A stretch of 6,354 nucleotides of DNA, taken from a virus (taxonomy: Duplodnaviria > Heunggongvirae > Uroviricota > Caudoviricetes). Position 1 is the first letter of the stretch; every line of letters starts with the position of its first letter. The notes beneath the pieces are model-generated. The model had not been told where the DNA came from, did no database searches, and saw nothing but the letters and a program-made list of their open reading frames with translations. Where the stretch lies: IMG/VR virus record IMGVR_UViG_2778261419_000005. One strand, 5' to 3'. This document shows positions 5,074 to 6,354 of this stretch, piece by piece. A program made the position numbers and the translations under genes.

Positions 5074-6354
5074 ATGAAATATCCGACAGGCGTGGAAAAC
5101 CATGGAGGGAAATTACGTATCTGGTTTGTTTATAAAGGCGTAAGAGTCAGGGAAAATCTGGGGGTTCCTGACACAGCAAAAAACAGGCGCGTTGCAGGTG
5201 AACTACGCGCCTCTGTTTGTTACGCAATAAAAACTGGTGTTTTCGACTATGCAAAACAGTTTCCCTCCTCACGCAATCTGGAAAAATTTGGTGAGGCCCG
5301 ACAAGATTTAACCATAAAAGAACTGGCTGAAAAATTTCTGGCACTGAAAGAAACTGAAGTCGCAAAAACATCACTCAACACATACCGTGCCGTCATCAAA
5401 AATATCCTGAGCATAATCGGTGAAAAAAATCTTGCCTCATCGATTAATAAAGAAAAATTACTGGAGGTTCGTAAAGAGCTACTGACTGGATACCAGATCC
5501 CCAAAAGTAACTATATTGTTACACAACCAGGGAGATCGGCTGTAACTGTAAATAATTACATGACAAATCTTAACGCCGTGTTCCAGTTTGGTGTTGATAA
5601 CGGTTACTTGGCAGATAACCCGTTTAAGGGGATCTCGCCATTAAAGGAATCAAGAACCATTCCGGATCCTCTTTCGCGGGAGGAATTCATCCGTCTTATC
5701 GATGCGTGCAGAAATCAGCAAGCCAAAAATTTATGGTGTGTTTCTGTTTATACTGGCGTTCGCCCTGGTGAGCTGTGTGCACTTGGATGGGAGGACATAG
5801 ATCTGAAAAATGGAACAATGATGATCAGGAGAAATTTAGCAAAAGACCGTTTCACGGTACCAAAAACACAGGCGGGAACCAATCGGGTCATTCATCTTAT
5901 TAAGCCAGCAATCGACGCTCTCCGGAGTCAGATGACATTAACGAGACTGAGCAAAGAGCATATCATTGATGTTCACCTCAGAGAGTATGGCAGAACAGAA
6001 AAACAAAAATGCACCTTTGTTTTTCAACCTGAAGTGTCAGCGAGAGTAAAAAATTATGGTGACCATTTTACCGTTGACTCAATAAGGCAGATGTGGGACG
6101 CAGCGATAAAACGTGCCGGACTCCGCCATCGAAAATCATATCAGTCGAGACATACTTATGCCTGCTGGTCGCTGACAGCTGGTGCTAACCCGGCATTTAT
6201 AGCAAACCAGATGGGCCATGCAGATGCGCAAATGGTATTTCAGGTATACGGAAAATGGATGTCTGAAAACAATAATGCACAGGTAGCTTTGTTAAATACA
6301 CAGTTAAGCGAGTTTGCCCCAACCATGCCCCATAACGAAGCAATGAAAAATTAA
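5074..6354 (+). CDS. int: Phage-type tyrosine integrase / site-specific recombinase
   Basis: Start chosen at ATG 5074 (SD GAGAGAAG upstream); ORF-track start 5059 lacks an SD. N-terminus MKYPTGVENHGGKLRIWF resembles the arm-binding N-terminus of Rac-type prophage integrases as I recall them; C-terminal catalytic region has tyrosine-recombinase signatures (RHTYACW...GANPAFIANQMGH...QVYGKW). TAA stop at 6352-6354 coincides with the window end. Confidence 0.93.
   Translation: MKYPTGVENHGGKLRIWFVYKGVRVRENLGVPDTAKNRRVAGELRASVCYAIKTGVFDYAKQFPSSRNLEKFGEARQDLTIKELAEKFLALKETEVAKTSLNTYRAVIKNILSIIGEKNLASSINKEKLLEVRKELLTGYQIPKSNYIVTQPGRSAVTVNNYMTNLNAVFQFGVDNGYLADNPFKGISPLKESRTIPDPLSREEFIRLIDACRNQQAKNLWCVSVYTGVRPGELCALGWEDIDLKNGTMMIRRNLAKDRFTVPKTQAGTNRVIHLIKPAIDALRSQMTLTRLSKEHIIDVHLREYGRTEKQKCTFVFQPEVSARVKNYGDHFTVDSIRQMWDAAIKRAGLRHRKSYQSRHTYACWSLTAGANPAFIANQMGHADAQMVFQVYGKWMSENNNAQVALLNTQLSEFAPTMPHNEAMKN

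Larger units (their letters stand above)
1..6354. mobile_element. Partial prophage / integrative element (integrase-proximal arm); boundaries lie outside the window
   Basis: Tyrosine integrase and excisionase-like genes at the right end, transcribed toward the window edge as in lambdoid leftward operons; divergent replication-type module with iterons on the other strand; compact overlapping genes typical of phage. Confidence 0.7.

Overview
The window reads as the integrase-proximal arm of a lambdoid-type prophage or related integrative element from an enterobacterium; all calls rest on ORF structure, start-site context and motif reading, with no database search. Plus strand (1774-6354) is a leftward-operon-like unit: two small translationally coupled genes, an 823-aa modular protein ending in a DEDDh (DnaQ-like) 3'-5' exonuclease domain, an excisionase-like gene and a tyrosine integrase that stops at the window edge. 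Minus strand (1651-1) is a replication-type unit: an ORF with no proper start, a winged-helix initiator N-domain ORF, a DnaT-like C-domain ORF whose 5' coding region carries five ~23-bp iteron-like repeats plus an AT-rich repeat block, and a 140-aa putative DNA-binding protein. The two units meet at a ~120-bp region (1652-1773) with a GTTAAC-TG-GTTAAC palindrome and no repressor gene. The most interesting candidates are the exonuclease-domain protein sitting where exo/recE would be but with no annealase partner, and the lambda-O-like origin inside an initiator that appears split by a frame break. No tRNA, rRNA, CRISPR array, IS element or att site is visible.
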